Of a DNA stretch of 64,000 nt, positions 40,266 to 50,225 are shown piece by piece. The notes under the pieces were generated by a model, which was given only the letters and a program-made list of their open reading frames with translations, made no database searches and was not told where the DNA came from. The DNA lies in assembly GCA_963456245.1 (NCBI GenBank), contig CAUOKV010000002.1, positions 55,731 through 119,730 on the forward strand, written 5' to 3'. The translations under genes and the position numbers were made by a program. Numbering within the stretch: the stretch's first letter is position 1; every line of letters starts with the position of its first letter. This stretch comes from an uncultured Candidatus Saccharibacteria bacterium (GTDB taxonomy: Bacteria; Patescibacteriota; Saccharimonadia; Saccharimonadales; Saccharimonadaceae).

Positions 40266-42314
40266 CTAGTGAGAATGGGCGCCGACTAGCTTGGCCGGAC
40301 TTGATTGGTGTTTGGCTCGGTATGACATGGCGAAGGCCAGTAAAGATAGGCTGATCACCAAGGTGACGGTCATGTAGATGTATGAGGCGGTAACTGACGA
40401 CTCGGTGATGCCGCCGGCTATGGCGGAGCGAATGGTGGTCAGCGAGTATGCCATGGGGACTACTTGGTGGAGGGCTTGATATAGCCCCGGCGAGGTCTCG
40501 ATTGGGAAAGTGCCGCCGGCTGAGCCGAGCGATAGAATCATGATCACCATACCGATGAAGCGTCCGATATTACCCATCGATATGGCGAGGAAGAGATTGA
40601 GAAACATCATGGCATTAGCATAGAGGATAAGGATGGCGTAGAAGCGGACGGGGTTAGCCAAGTGAAAGCCGACTCCCTGCATGATCACTCCCATGATCAG
40701 CGCCATAGCAGTGGCGACGCCGGCACCGATGGTGACCTTGCTAAGATACCAGCCTCGCCAACTACCCTGCCGGTCAGCTTTACGCTCTACCGGGTAGATT
40801 GAACAGAAGACCAAACAACCGACGAAGATAGCGACCGAGAAGAAGTACGGCGCCAGACCGTGGGCGTAGTTAGGAACCTGACTCCGGCGCTGATGCTCCA
40901 GGGTGACCGGCTGACTAATCCGGCGAGCGGTTTTACCGGATAGCGGTGTCTTGGCGATGGTGTCGGCGCCGGATTGTAGCTTAGCCCGGAGCAGTTCGCT
41001 GCCGTCGACTAATTGATTCGCCCCGCTTGCCAGCTGATTTACGCCACTCTTGAGCGTCGGTATGTTGGCATCCAGTCGGGTAATGCCGCTATTTAGCTGG
41101 CTCGCCCCACTCGCCAGCTGGTGAAGTTTTGCCTTGGTCAAGGGGCTATTGAGCTGATCGCTAGTCCGGTGGAGCTGACTTGCCAAGCGGTTGGTGCCAT
41201 CGGCTAGTTGGTTAGCACCTTGGGCTAGCCGGTCAAGTCCATTAGTCAGTTTAGTGAAATTGTTGGTAGTGGTTTGAACATCCGGCAATTGAGCCAGGCT
41301 AGCCTGGAGCTTAGTCAAGTCCAGCTGCGCTAAGGCTTTGGCGGACCGGGTGAACTGAGGGTTGCTACCACTCTGTGCCTTCCTAGCTATGGCTAATTGG
41401 ATGTCGGGGTCGCTTAGGATGGTGCCGATATGACCAAGGCTGCTGCCGGCGGTCGTCTTGAACTGATCCAGTCTGATGAGGCTGCTGCTGAGTCCGTTTA
41501 GTTCTGCCTTGGTCTGCTGATCGGCTAGCTGAAGAGACTTGGCGAGACTACTAACGCCGTTATTCAGCTGATCAAGCTGAGGTAAAGATGCTTTCATGTC
41601 TGTGCCTAGGGCTAAAGTCTGATTAGCCAACTGGTCTACTCCGTTAGCCAGAACAGCCGAACCGCTAGCCAGCTGATGAGAGCCGCTAGCTATGGTGTCG
41701 GTGCCATTAGACAGTCGGACTAGCCCATCCGACAGCTTGTCTGCCCCACTGCTCAGCTCGCCTGCCCCGGCGGAAGCGGTCTGAAGCCCTTGTCCGGATT
41801 GCTTGATAATATCTATCAGAGCATTGGCATAGGTGGTGGTAATCTCGGCGGAGATCTGCGACTTGATCCGGCTGACTGCCGTGCCGGCTACCGTCTCAAT
41901 CGGGTAGTTAAGCGAAGCATTAGTCTGATAGCGGAGCTTTAATTGCTGCGGGTCAAGCTGAGTAACGGTCGTGGCGTTATGGGAAAAGTCGGCCGGGATG
42001 GTCACCGCCAGGTAGTATTTATTATCCTTCATTCCCTGCTTTGCCTCATTCTCGTCAACGAACTGCCAGTCGAAGGTGTGGTTACGGTGCAGGCTATCGA
42101 CCACCCTTTGCCCCAGGTTCATCGTCTTGCCTTGGTACGACACCGGCTGATCTTGGTTGACTACGGCAACCTTGAGCTGATCCAAGTGGCTATATGGATC
42201 CCAGATCCCTTTCAGGAAAACTACGGCATACAGTACCGGGATACAACAAATAGCGATGGTAGTGACCAGCAGCATTTTACTCTGTCGGATATTTTTGAGC
42301 TCCGCCTTAATCAT
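40266..42314 (-). CDS. YhgE/Pip family membrane protein
   Basis: WDPYSHLDQLKVAVVNQD, IPADFS, xxxLxxG heptad repeats, VPNYAHGLAPYF, SAGGTFPIE. Confidence 0.92.
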   Translation of the reverse strand: MIKAELKNIRQSKMLLVTTIAICCIPVLYAVVFLKGIWDPYSHLDQLKVAVVNQDQPVSYQGKTMNLGQRVVDSLHRNHTFDWQFVDENEAKQGMKDNKYYLAVTIPADFSHNATTVTQLDPQQLKLRYQTNASLNYPIETVAGTAVSRIKSQISAEITTTYANALIDIIKQSGQGLQTASAGAGELSSGADKLSDGLVRLSNGTDTIASGSHQLASGSAVLANGVDQLANQTLALGTDMKASLPQLDQLNNGVSSLAKSLQLADQQTKAELNGLSSSLIRLDQFKTTAGSSLGHIGTILSDPDIQLAIARKAQSGSNPQFTRSAKALAQLDLTKLQASLAQLPDVQTTTNNFTKLTNGLDRLAQGANQLADGTNRLASQLHRTSDQLNSPLTKAKLHQLASGASQLNSGITRLDANIPTLKSGVNQLASGANQLVDGSELLRAKLQSGADTIAKTPLSGKTARRISQPVTLEHQRRSQVPNYAHGLAPYFFSVAIFVGCLVFCSIYPVERKADRQGSWRGWYLSKVTIGAGVATAMALIMGVIMQGVGFHLANPVRFYAILILYANAMMFLNLFLAISMGNIGRFIGMVIMILSLGSAGGTFPIETSPGLYQALHQVVPMAYSLTTIRSAIAGGITESSVTASYIYMTVTLVISLSLLAFAMSYRAKHQSSPAKLVGAHSH

Positions 42315-42846
42315 CTACGACCTCCTTTTGGTTAATGGTGAAGATAGCATTGGTCTCGACGCCGGGGTCGTTCCAGTCTAGCTGAGGTAAATAGCGATGT
42401 GACGAAATGACTCGGTCGATGATGTCGCCGATATTTACTTCGCTCAGTACTTGTCGCCAGACGGCGTCGGCGGTCATGAAGATGCGGTGTACTGCCTGGT
42501 CGGCTGTAGTGATGGCTTGGTGGGCGTTAGTGCTAGTTTGGCTAGCAAAGATAGCACTAAAGAGCCCCGTGCTAGGAAAACTGTCCACCCTGCCCTCCAG
42601 TGCTTCGACTACCTCCAGGATGGAGATCTGTCCGACGGGGCGAGCCAGGGTGAACCCACCACTATTCCCCGGCACTGATTTGACGATACCGGCTACGACC
42701 AGCTTGCGCAGCAACTTCTGGCTATAAGTCATAGACGTCGGCAGGCGTCGCTGTAGAGTGCGAGATGAGACGGGAATAGCCTTAGCCTGAGTGGCGAGGA
42801 TTGCCATCAGACAGACTCCCTGCTCAAAGCTCTTAGTTAGCTTCAT
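42307..42846 (-). CDS. Rrf2-family transcriptional regulator (lacks the three Fe-S cysteines)
   Basis: YSQKLLRKLVVAGIVKSVPGNSGGFTLAR, ISILEVVEALEG. Confidence 0.9.
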   Translation of the reverse strand: MKLTKSFEQGVCLMAILATQAKAIPVSSRTLQRRLPTSMTYSQKLLRKLVVAGIVKSVPGNSGGFTLARPVGQISILEVVEALEGRVDSFPSTGLFSAIFASQTSTNAHQAITTADQAVHRIFMTADAVWRQVLSEVNIGDIIDRVISSHRYLPQLDWNDPGVETNAIFTINQKEVVDD

Positions 42847-42860
42847 ACGGTCTCCCTTGG

Positions 42861-42914
42861 CTGATATTTAATATCCATCGTGGATAAAATATATCTATAA
42901 TGAATAATAGTCAA
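42861..42914 (-). promoter_or_regulatory. Promoter with two tandem GATA-N5-TATC operators (putative Rrf2 autoregulation)
   Basis: Sites at 42863-42875 and 42883-42895; TTGACT -35 on minus strand at 42909-42914. Confidence 0.6.
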
Positions 42915-43090
42915 GGCTAATGTGGTATAGCTGAGGATGCCGGGTGAAGAATGGCGGGTCTTGCTACCTCAGTGCAAAGCCGCTCTATCATGCCCAAGCT
43001 TGACAAAAGAGAGATAAAGTGTTAGAGTTAATAATATCAAGTTGCATTCGGTAACAGACCGGATGGCTTGCGTTCCTTAGGAGGGACAAA

Positions 43091-43441
43091 ATGTGCACTA
43101 ATTGTGCGACAAGGGACTCGGCGCAAGTCGAGCCTCAGCCTGAAAAGGTACGCCCCAGCCTCAATGAGGCCGGGGAGGAGCTCGTCAGGGCGCTTGAAAG
43201 CGCCCTGATAGAACAGGCTCTCTCCCGGGCGAAAGCCCGGGAAGACGATCTGGAGCGGCGCATTGCCGCTCTGGAGAAGAAGTCCCAGGAGGTCAAAAGA
43301 TCTCCTGAGACTGCAGACTCCTCCCCCTCAAAAGAGGGGGAGGAGTATATCCTTGTCGCCCCTATTAGGGGCATCGGCAAGGATGGTCACCTAATCTTAG
43401 GTGACCAAAGAATCTTGAGTGCGAAAGCACTCAAGATCTAG
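43091..43441 (+). CDS. Small hypothetical coiled-coil protein
   Basis: TTGACA-N17-TAGAGT promoter near 43000, AGGAGG RBS, terminator downstream. Confidence 0.65.
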   Translation: MCTNCATRDSAQVEPQPEKVRPSLNEAGEELVRALESALIEQALSRAKAREDDLERRIAALEKKSQEVKRSPETADSSPSKEGEEYILVAPIRGIGKDGHLILGDQRILSAKALKI

Positions 43442-43506
43442 CTCTACCCGGCGGGTTAGCGCATGTTTTTATGCGCCGGCTCGCCGGCATCTATATCCAC
43501 CCTCCA

Positions 43507-43541
43507 CCCCCTACTTACGAGTAGGGGGATTTTCCTTTTTT
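43507..43541 (+). terminator. Intrinsic terminator
   Basis: CCCCCTACT-TACG-AGTAGGGGG followed by T-rich tract. Confidence 0.75.
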
Positions 43542-43579
43542 ACCGACCTCGGAATGGTGTATAATCTTATTAGCTTTAC

Positions 43580-43654
43580 TGGGATGTCGCCAAGTGGTAA
43601 GGCATCAGGTTTTGGTCCTGACATTCGGGGGTTCGAATCCCTCCATCCCAACCA
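43580..43654 (+). tRNA. tRNA-Gln(TTG)
   Basis: TGGGATG acceptor, anticodon arm TCAGG-TTTTGGT-CCTGA, GGTTCGAATCC, encoded CCA. Confidence 0.97.
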
Positions 43655-43698
43655 AAGCTTGTTTTGTTGCCCCACTATATAACTTGTAAGGAGAAGAT

Positions 43699-44535
43699 AT
43701 GGCAGATGACTTGGTTTTCGTACTATTTCGATTAACGGTCGATAGAATGCGGGGAGCGGTAAGTGCCGGCTCAGGATATGTCATTAAGCGAAGCCAAGTG
43801 GCTAGCTATCTAGACCAAATTACCGACGAGCTGGAGTCTCGCCGGGTCAGCAAAGAGCTGACGCTGAAGAAGCATAGCGACGATGTCTATGCCTACGAGC
43901 TGAAGAAGCCGACCAAGACTATCTTCGTCCGCATCATGCCGACCGCTGACATATCTTATCGCATCGGCACGATTAATGAGAAAGGACAGCTGATCGATGC
44001 GGCAAAGACGGATAGTTACCCTGCTGCCGTCAAGTGGATGCAGGGGCACGAGGCGTCAGATCCATCTCGCCATTATCAGCTGGTAGCTAGCCTGCCCAAT
44101 GTCGAGATCCCGGTCATAGTTAGCGATGTGCTGGAGCAGGTCAAGTCGGGCGAGAACAATATCTTCGTAGCGAAAGCCGGCCATCTCGGTAAGGTTAACC
44201 GGATTAGCGACCCGAACGGTAAGAAGAAAGCCAACAAGAGTTGGCTGGGTAAAGTCTTGGAGACGAACAAGGCAGGACGGATCATCTTCTACATCGGGCT
44301 GATTCCGTTTATCCTGTGCGGCGTGGACGCCCTGATGTCGATGGTCTTTAGTGATGGCGGGCGTCACCGAGTCAATGTGATCCTCTATCTTGTCTGGGCG
44401 GTGACCAAGCCTGTCGTGACTGATTATGGTCAGTGGCTATTGCCTGTCTCTGTCGTGCTGGTGCTGGGTGGCTTTAGCTCTTGCCTGAATAGTTACCTGT
44501 CTGACAAGAAGAAGACGAAGCAAGCAGACCGCTAG
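43699..44535 (+). CDS. Hypothetical membrane protein (C-terminal TMs)
   Basis: AGGAG RBS, 278-aa ORF, hydrophobic C-terminus. Confidence 0.7.
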   Translation: MADDLVFVLFRLTVDRMRGAVSAGSGYVIKRSQVASYLDQITDELESRRVSKELTLKKHSDDVYAYELKKPTKTIFVRIMPTADISYRIGTINEKGQLIDAAKTDSYPAAVKWMQGHEASDPSRHYQLVASLPNVEIPVIVSDVLEQVKSGENNIFVAKAGHLGKVNRISDPNGKKKANKSWLGKVLETNKAGRIIFYIGLIPFILCGVDALMSMVFSDGGRHRVNVILYLVWAVTKPVVTDYGQWLLPVSVVLVLGGFSSCLNSYLSDKKKTKQADR

Positions 44536-44572
44536 ACGTAGGTATAGTGGAAGCTTACCTTACTTCTAAAAT

Positions 44573-44608
44573 AAGATATGACCGGTGCTGAGACCGGTCA
44601 TATTTTTT
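44573..44608. terminator. Bidirectional intrinsic terminator
   Basis: ATATGACCGGT-gctgag-ACCGGTCATAT plus T-tract between convergent genes. Confidence 0.8.
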
Positions 44609-44624
44609 GTTAGTCCCGATATGC

Positions 44625-45896
44625 CTACTCGTCGTTCCAATTGCGGGGAGTGAAGCGTGGTCGCTTGGCCGGCTTAGTGTCTTTGCCTTTGGCTGCTACT
44701 TTCTTGCCGCTGACCACCGCCTCGGTCTCTTCGGCGATGACCAGCTCTTCGTTGGTGCGGATAGCCATGATCACCGGTGTACCTTTCTCTGATATCACTC
44801 CGTCCAGCCCGTTGCGTCCGCGAATTCGTCTATTTTGATCCTTATCTATCTGATAGTTAAACACCTTGAGGTGATCGACGATCCCCGCTCGTAGCCCCGA
44901 GGCGTTCTCGCCGGCACCGGCGGTGAAAACAAGGGCGTCAACTCTGGGTAGTGCCACCATCATAGCGGCAATATTCTTAGCTATACTATAAGCTAGCGTC
45001 TCCATAGCGATGGCTGACTTCTCGTCGCCCTTAGTAGCAGCGGCGGAGACTTCTCGCTGGTCGCTGCTAAAGCCTGACATGCCGAGTAGCCCCGAACGGT
45101 GGTTCAAGTCGTCGATTATCTCCTCAGCACTCTCGCCCAGTCGATCCATCATATAAGGAATAATGGCCGGGTCAACTGAGCCGGCTCTAGTACACATGAC
45201 GATACCGTCCAGTGGGGTGAAGCCCATGGTGGTATCGACTGATTGACCATTGAGCACCGCCGCCAGCGAGGCGCCACTGCCGATATGAGCGATGACGAAA
45301 GCGCTATCTTCTATCGGAATATTAAGGAGCTGGGCGGCCCGATTGCTGACGTACTTGTAGCTAGTGCCGTGAAAGCCGTAGCGTCGGACACCGTAGTCTT
45401 GGTACCAGTCATCAGGAACGGCATAGCGGAAAGCATACTCGGGCATAGTACTGTGGAAGGCAGTGTCAAAGACGGCTACCTGGGGCAACTCGGGCATAAC
45501 CTTCATAGCGGCTCGCATAGCAGCGGCAGCCGGCGGGTTGTGCAAGGGGGCGTAGGGCTTCAGCGCCTCAATCTCGTCGACTATCTTGTCGGTCAGGCGG
45601 ACCGGATGGGTGAACTTATCGATACCGTTCACCACTCTGTGCCCCACTGCCATGACGGTACGCTTAAGCCCTCGCTCTTCCAGCTCGTCAAATAGGCGCT
45701 GCATCGCTCCCTCGAAAGACGGGTCGTCCAGCTTGTCCGTCTCCTTGGCGTCATTAGCCTTGATGGTGAAGCTAGCTCGGGGCGTCTTCAGCTCCTCAGC
45801 GATGCCCTTGGCGATGACTTGATGGGTGGCGGTGTCCAGCAGCGAGAACTTGAGCGAAGAACTGCCACTATTGATGACGAGAATACTACTTTCCAT
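44625..45896 (-). CDS. ackA: Acetate kinase
   Basis: LVINSGSSSLK, GHRVV, APLHNP, VFDTAFH, RRYGFHGTS, TMGFTPLDG, TNEE. Confidence 0.96.
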   Translation of the reverse strand: MESSILVINSGSSSLKFSLLDTATHQVIAKGIAEELKTPRASFTIKANDAKETDKLDDPSFEGAMQRLFDELEERGLKRTVMAVGHRVVNGIDKFTHPVRLTDKIVDEIEALKPYAPLHNPPAAAAMRAAMKVMPELPQVAVFDTAFHSTMPEYAFRYAVPDDWYQDYGVRRYGFHGTSYKYVSNRAAQLLNIPIEDSAFVIAHIGSGASLAAVLNGQSVDTTMGFTPLDGIVMCTRAGSVDPAIIPYMMDRLGESAEEIIDDLNHRSGLLGMSGFSSDQREVSAAATKGDEKSAIAMETLAYSIAKNIAAMMVALPRVDALVFTAGAGENASGLRAGIVDHLKVFNYQIDKDQNRRIRGRNGLDGVISEKGTPVIMAIRTNEELVIAEETEAVVSGKKVAAKGKDTKPAKRPRFTPRNWNDE

Positions 45897-45940
45897 ATGC
45901 CCATATTCTACCATAGCCCATGGCTGATATAATATCTAGC

Positions 45941-47185
45941 GTGAATCAGTCAAGCTTTGGCTTCCGGATAGTGTCTCAGGGTGATGCCGGCTATCCGTTG
46001 ATGCGAGCCGGCGTCATTCGTACGCCACATGGCGATATCAAGACGCCGAACTTTAACTTGGTCGGGACGATGGGCTCAGTGCGATTCTTGCCGCCGTCAG
46101 ACATGCGGGCAGTCGGGGCGCAGGTCATGTTGAGTAATGGCTACCATCTGTATCGTCGAGCGACTGTCATCTCGGCGAGCGGCGGATTGGCTCGATGGTC
46201 GGGTTGGCAGGGTCCGACCTTCACCGACTCGGGTGGCTTTCAGGTAATGTCGCTGGGGTCAGGTCTAGGTAAGGTGATTTCTATGGCGGGTGACAAAGCT
46301 AATCAAGGCGAGCTACGTGAGCCGGACGAGCGTTTGGCGCTGGTCGATGAAGAGGGGGTGGAGTTTCGTGATCCATTCAGCGGTCGAATCATCAAGTTTA
46401 CCCCCGAGATATCGATCGCTACTCAGCACAAGATCGGAGCAGATGTGATGATGTCTTTTGATGAGCTGACTAATATTAATGATACTTACGAGTATAATGT
46501 CCGCTCACTGGAGCGGACTAGGCGCTGGGCAGAGCGTGGGCTAGCTGAGCATATCAGACAGACGGCTCTGCGTTCGGATCGCCCCTACCAGGCTCTCTAT
46601 GGAGTACTTCAGGGTAGCTATTTTCTCGACTTGAGGCGTCGGGCGGCCCGAGATATCTCAAGGATGAATATCGACGGTCACTATTTCGACGGTTTTGGGC
46701 TGGGCGGCGCACTGGATAAGGCGAATCTAAGCGAGATTTTGGTGGCGATGAATGAAATCTTACCCGCCGACAAGCCCCGCCATCTACTGGGGCTAAGTCA
46801 CCCTGACGATATCTTCGTCGGCGTAGAAGCCGGGGTGGATACTTTTGATTGCGTAGCCCCGACTCGGGAGGCTCGTCACGGGAGAATCTATACCCTAGAC
46901 GGTAATTATAATATCAAGCGATCGATGTATCGGGATGACACACAGGTACTATCCCCGGGTTGCGACTGCCCGACCTGTCGGGCTGGTTATACTAGAGCCG
47001 AGCTACGAGCTCTGCTCAAATCAGCTGAGCATACTGAACGAGCTAGGGCGTTTAATCTGCTGACGGCACACAATACTCGCTTTATCATCCGGTTGTGTGA
47101 GCAGATACGCCGGGCTATCATGGATGGTAGCTACCGGCAATTTCGTGATGACTTTTGTCGTCGATATTACCGGGCTAATGCTTAG
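45941..47185 (+). CDS. tgt: tRNA-guanine transglycosylase
   Basis: TPHG, TDSGGFQ, FDEL, PRHLLG, GVDTFDCV, CDCPTC zinc site; GTG start inferred from extended -10 (ORF track start 45920). Confidence 0.95.
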   Translation: MNQSSFGFRIVSQGDAGYPLMRAGVIRTPHGDIKTPNFNLVGTMGSVRFLPPSDMRAVGAQVMLSNGYHLYRRATVISASGGLARWSGWQGPTFTDSGGFQVMSLGSGLGKVISMAGDKANQGELREPDERLALVDEEGVEFRDPFSGRIIKFTPEISIATQHKIGADVMMSFDELTNINDTYEYNVRSLERTRRWAERGLAEHIRQTALRSDRPYQALYGVLQGSYFLDLRRRAARDISRMNIDGHYFDGFGLGGALDKANLSEILVAMNEILPADKPRHLLGLSHPDDIFVGVEAGVDTFDCVAPTREARHGRIYTLDGNYNIKRSMYRDDTQVLSPGCDCPTCRAGYTRAELRALLKSAEHTERARAFNLLTAHNTRFIIRLCEQIRRAIMDGSYRQFRDDFCRRYYRANA

Positions 47186-48437
47186 AGCGCCTACCTGGTC
47201 GACGACGACGTCTCTGGCCACGGTCATTACCCAGGGGCGGAATGATATCCAGCTCCGGTCCGATGTATTTGCGATCAGCCGGCACGAAGATGACCGGCGC
47301 GCTGGATACACCGGCAAGGTGCGCTTCACTGGAGCCATCTTGACTTACCTCGCCTCGCCCATGTGACTGCAGGAAATCACGCATCAGGATGATGACGCAA
47401 CCGGACAGAGGAATGGCGATCATCGCTCCTAGTAGTCCACCGGCCTGCATACCTAGCGTTATGGCAATTAGAATAATCAAAGCCGAGGTCTCCATGTGCC
47501 TGGACTGAATACGGGGCTGGACGAAATTATTCTCGATCTGCTGCTCAATGGTGAAGACAATGGCGTAGATAATGGCGGCCGGCGGAGAATACACCATTAG
47601 GATCAGGGTAACGATTGTGCCACCGATGACGGCGCCAAACATCGGCACGAAGATCATCATAAAGATAGTGATCCAGGCTGGCCAGACCAGGCTGATATCA
47701 AAACGAAAGACTGTAGCCAAGACGCCTACTACTACGGCGGTAAAAGTACCACTGATCACTCCGACTGTTGCCTGCCCGACCATGTAGCCACTGACCACGT
47801 CATACATCTTTCGAGCCATCCGGCGATGGCGTTGACGGCGTGCCGGATTGGCGTAGGCGAAGCGCCAGAACTTTTCTTCCCATTTCGGTCCTTCTACCAG
47901 CATAAAGAAGGTGGCGAAAAGCACCAGACAGGTATTGCCGAGTACGGCGAAGATGTTTGATAGAGCATTGATAAAGGCCGCCCCCATATTGCCGGTAGTA
48001 TGTCTTAGCTGCAATCCGACATCAATGAGCCACTGATTAAACTGATCTGTCAGGTGGTAATGAGCCAGGAGCCCACCCAGCCAGCCAGATTCTTGCTTTA
48101 ATTGATTGATCGTTCTAGGTAGATTGGCGATAAATGACGATAGTTGACGGGCAAAGATTGGCACTATCGTCAGGAGCAAGACGCTGATCATCGTGGCAAT
48201 GATTAGATAAGCGATGAAGATAGCCGCAGTGCGGGACTTGCCCGGCAGGTAGCGAGCAATAAAGGAGACGGGGCGATTCAGCACTAGCGCCAGGAAGAAA
48301 GAGATAGCCAGTAGCGCCAGGGGCACCCGAGCCGCCCAACCGATCAGGGCTAAGGCAATGAATCCTAGAATCACCAGCCAGAACCGAATGAAAGTCTTAG
48401 TGCTAATGGTCAGTTCGACATCAGGTGATTGCTTCAT
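47175..48437 (-). CDS. AI-2E family transporter
   Basis: FFLALVLNRPV, EQQIENNFVQPRI, GLLGAMIAIP; multiple TMs. Confidence 0.88.
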   Translation of the reverse strand: MKQSPDVELTISTKTFIRFWLVILGFIALALIGWAARVPLALLAISFFLALVLNRPVSFIARYLPGKSRTAAIFIAYLIIATMISVLLLTIVPIFARQLSSFIANLPRTINQLKQESGWLGGLLAHYHLTDQFNQWLIDVGLQLRHTTGNMGAAFINALSNIFAVLGNTCLVLFATFFMLVEGPKWEEKFWRFAYANPARRQRHRRMARKMYDVVSGYMVGQATVGVISGTFTAVVVGVLATVFRFDISLVWPAWITIFMMIFVPMFGAVIGGTIVTLILMVYSPPAAIIYAIVFTIEQQIENNFVQPRIQSRHMETSALIILIAITLGMQAGGLLGAMIAIPLSGCVIILMRDFLQSHGRGEVSQDGSSEAHLAGVSSAPVIFVPADRKYIGPELDIIPPLGNDRGQRRRRRPGRRSKH

Positions 48438-48481
48438 GCTACTAGTCTAACACAAGAGGAGTACCAGGGGTTATTTAAGGT

Positions 48482-48820
48482 CTAGTGATATTTGGCAAGT
48501 ATGTAGACGCTATGTTGGTCGGTGTCGTCTTGGGCGAAGAAAGCTGATAGTGTCCCCTCATTGCCCTTACTTTGCACGCCGGTCTTGGGTGGGATTAGCT
48601 TGACCTCCTCGGCGCTAAATATCTCACTGATTATCCTTGCCGCCTCGGCGTCGTTATAGATATGGTCGGCTTTGATCATGGCATACTTGTCGCCCGGCAT
48701 AGAGGGAACCAGTTCGTATACTTTAATATCCGGCGAATAGTCGATTCGGGTAGTCACGCTGAAATGCTGGTCGGTCGCTAGGTCAAAGTTGTTAGAGATG
48801 GTGCTGATTTGATTAGTCAT
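48482..48820 (-). CDS. Hypothetical protein
   Basis: 112-aa ORF overlapping cysS stop (translational coupling). Confidence 0.6.
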   Translation of the reverse strand: MTNQISTISNNFDLATDQHFSVTTRIDYSPDIKVYELVPSMPGDKYAMIKADHIYNDAEAARIISEIFSAEEVKLIPPKTGVQSKGNEGTLSAFFAQDDTDQHSVYILAKYH

Positions 48821-50225
48821 TATTTCTACTCCAAATAGGCGTAACGCCGTCGTTAATAGTGATGTGACGATCAGCCAGCTGATCTCGCAGTTGGTCAGAC
48901 TTAGCCCAGTCCTTCATTTCCCTTGCCTTTTGACGCTGAGTGATAAGCTCGTAGTCTTCGGGCAGGATATCGGGTGTAGTCTCCCCTACTTTAATACCGA
49001 GAAGCTGATCGCCGGTTTCGATGAGCAGATCTAGGGCGGCTAGGTCAGTCTGATCTGGGATAAATAGATTGTATGCTTGGTCGAGATATCGAAGAGCACC
49101 GGGAGTGTCGAGGTCGTTTTCCAGAGCAGAGGCTAGCTGCTCAACTAGCTGATGAACTTGCTCGGTCTGCTCTTGGCTGGGATTATCCGATACCTGCCAA
49201 CGCAGGACGGCGACCTCTTGCCAGTGATGGCGTCGATTGCGAGCGGCGGTCAGACTCTGCCAGCTGAAGTTAGTGGCACTACGATAATGTGATTGCAAGA
49301 CCAGTACCCGAAAATCAAGCGGGCTGTAGCCTCTGCTAATCAGGTCGGGCAAGGTAAAGAAATTGTGGGCTGATTTCGACATCTTCGCACCGTCAACCAA
49401 TAAATGCTCGTTATGGACGAAGAAGTTGGCGTAAAGCTCGGGCTGATCGCCGGCTGTACTCTGAGCAATCTCGTTCTCATGATGAGGAAAGATAAGATCT
49501 ACCCCGCCGGTGTGGATGTCGAAAGGTTGCCCTAGGTTGTGGCTACTCATGACTGAGCATTCAATATGCCAGCCGGGACGACCCGCCAGGTGGGTACCGT
49601 TAGCCAGAGTAAAATCCCAAGCCGGCTCGCCGGGCTTTTGCTTCTTCCAGAGAGCAAAATCGCTCGGGCTATCCTTGCCGTATTCGTCGTTCATAATCCT
49701 CTCTTGATGGTGGCTGTGGAGGTCAATATGAGACAGCTGGCCATACTGACGCTTCTTGGCGTATGTATCGACTGAGAAATAGATGCCGTCGCTAGCGACA
49801 TAGGCTACCTTCTGCTTCAGTAGCTTCAGGATAAGCTGCTGGATCTCGGCGATGCTGTCGGTGGCTTTTACTAAGGTGATATCGTCGATACTATTGCCCA
49901 CCGCCCTCATCTCATCAAGAAAGATCTGCTGATAATGGTCGGTTAAGCGTTGAAGTGCCTGTCTCGGCGGCTGGTCGGGATATTTAGCTAGTGAGTCTCT
50001 GATGGTCTTGTCATCAACGTCAGTAATATTCATCACATGCTTAGTGGTGCCGAAGCACTGTCTGAGCGTCCGACGCAAGATGTCGGCGTAAATGTACGAG
50101 CTTAGATTGCCGATATGAGCGTGGTTGTAAACCGTCGGTCCGCAAGAATACATCCGGATGGAGTCGGGATGAAGTGGTGTGAACTGCTGGAGCTTATGCC
50201 CTCTGGTATTAAACAGCTGCATCAT
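48813..50225 (-). CDS. cysS: Cysteine--tRNA ligase
   Basis: CGPTVY, HIGN, NITDVDDK, GRPGWHIECS, DLIFPHHENE, KMSKS. Confidence 0.97.
   Translation of the reverse strand: MMQLFNTRGHKLQQFTPLHPDSIRMYSCGPTVYNHAHIGNLSSYIYADILRRTLRQCFGTTKHVMNITDVDDKTIRDSLAKYPDQPPRQALQRLTDHYQQIFLDEMRAVGNSIDDITLVKATDSIAEIQQLILKLLKQKVAYVASDGIYFSVDTYAKKRQYGQLSHIDLHSHHQERIMNDEYGKDSPSDFALWKKQKPGEPAWDFTLANGTHLAGRPGWHIECSVMSSHNLGQPFDIHTGGVDLIFPHHENEIAQSTAGDQPELYANFFVHNEHLLVDGAKMSKSAHNFFTLPDLISRGYSPLDFRVLVLQSHYRSATNFSWQSLTAARNRRHHWQEVAVLRWQVSDNPSQEQTEQVHQLVEQLASALENDLDTPGALRYLDQAYNLFIPDQTDLAALDLLIETGDQLLGIKVGETTPDILPEDYELITQRQKAREMKDWAKSDQLRDQLADRHITINDGVTPIWSRNND

Noticed and set aside
40980..41800. Periodic LxxG repeats
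   Set aside because: Known heptad repeats of YhgE/Pip proteins
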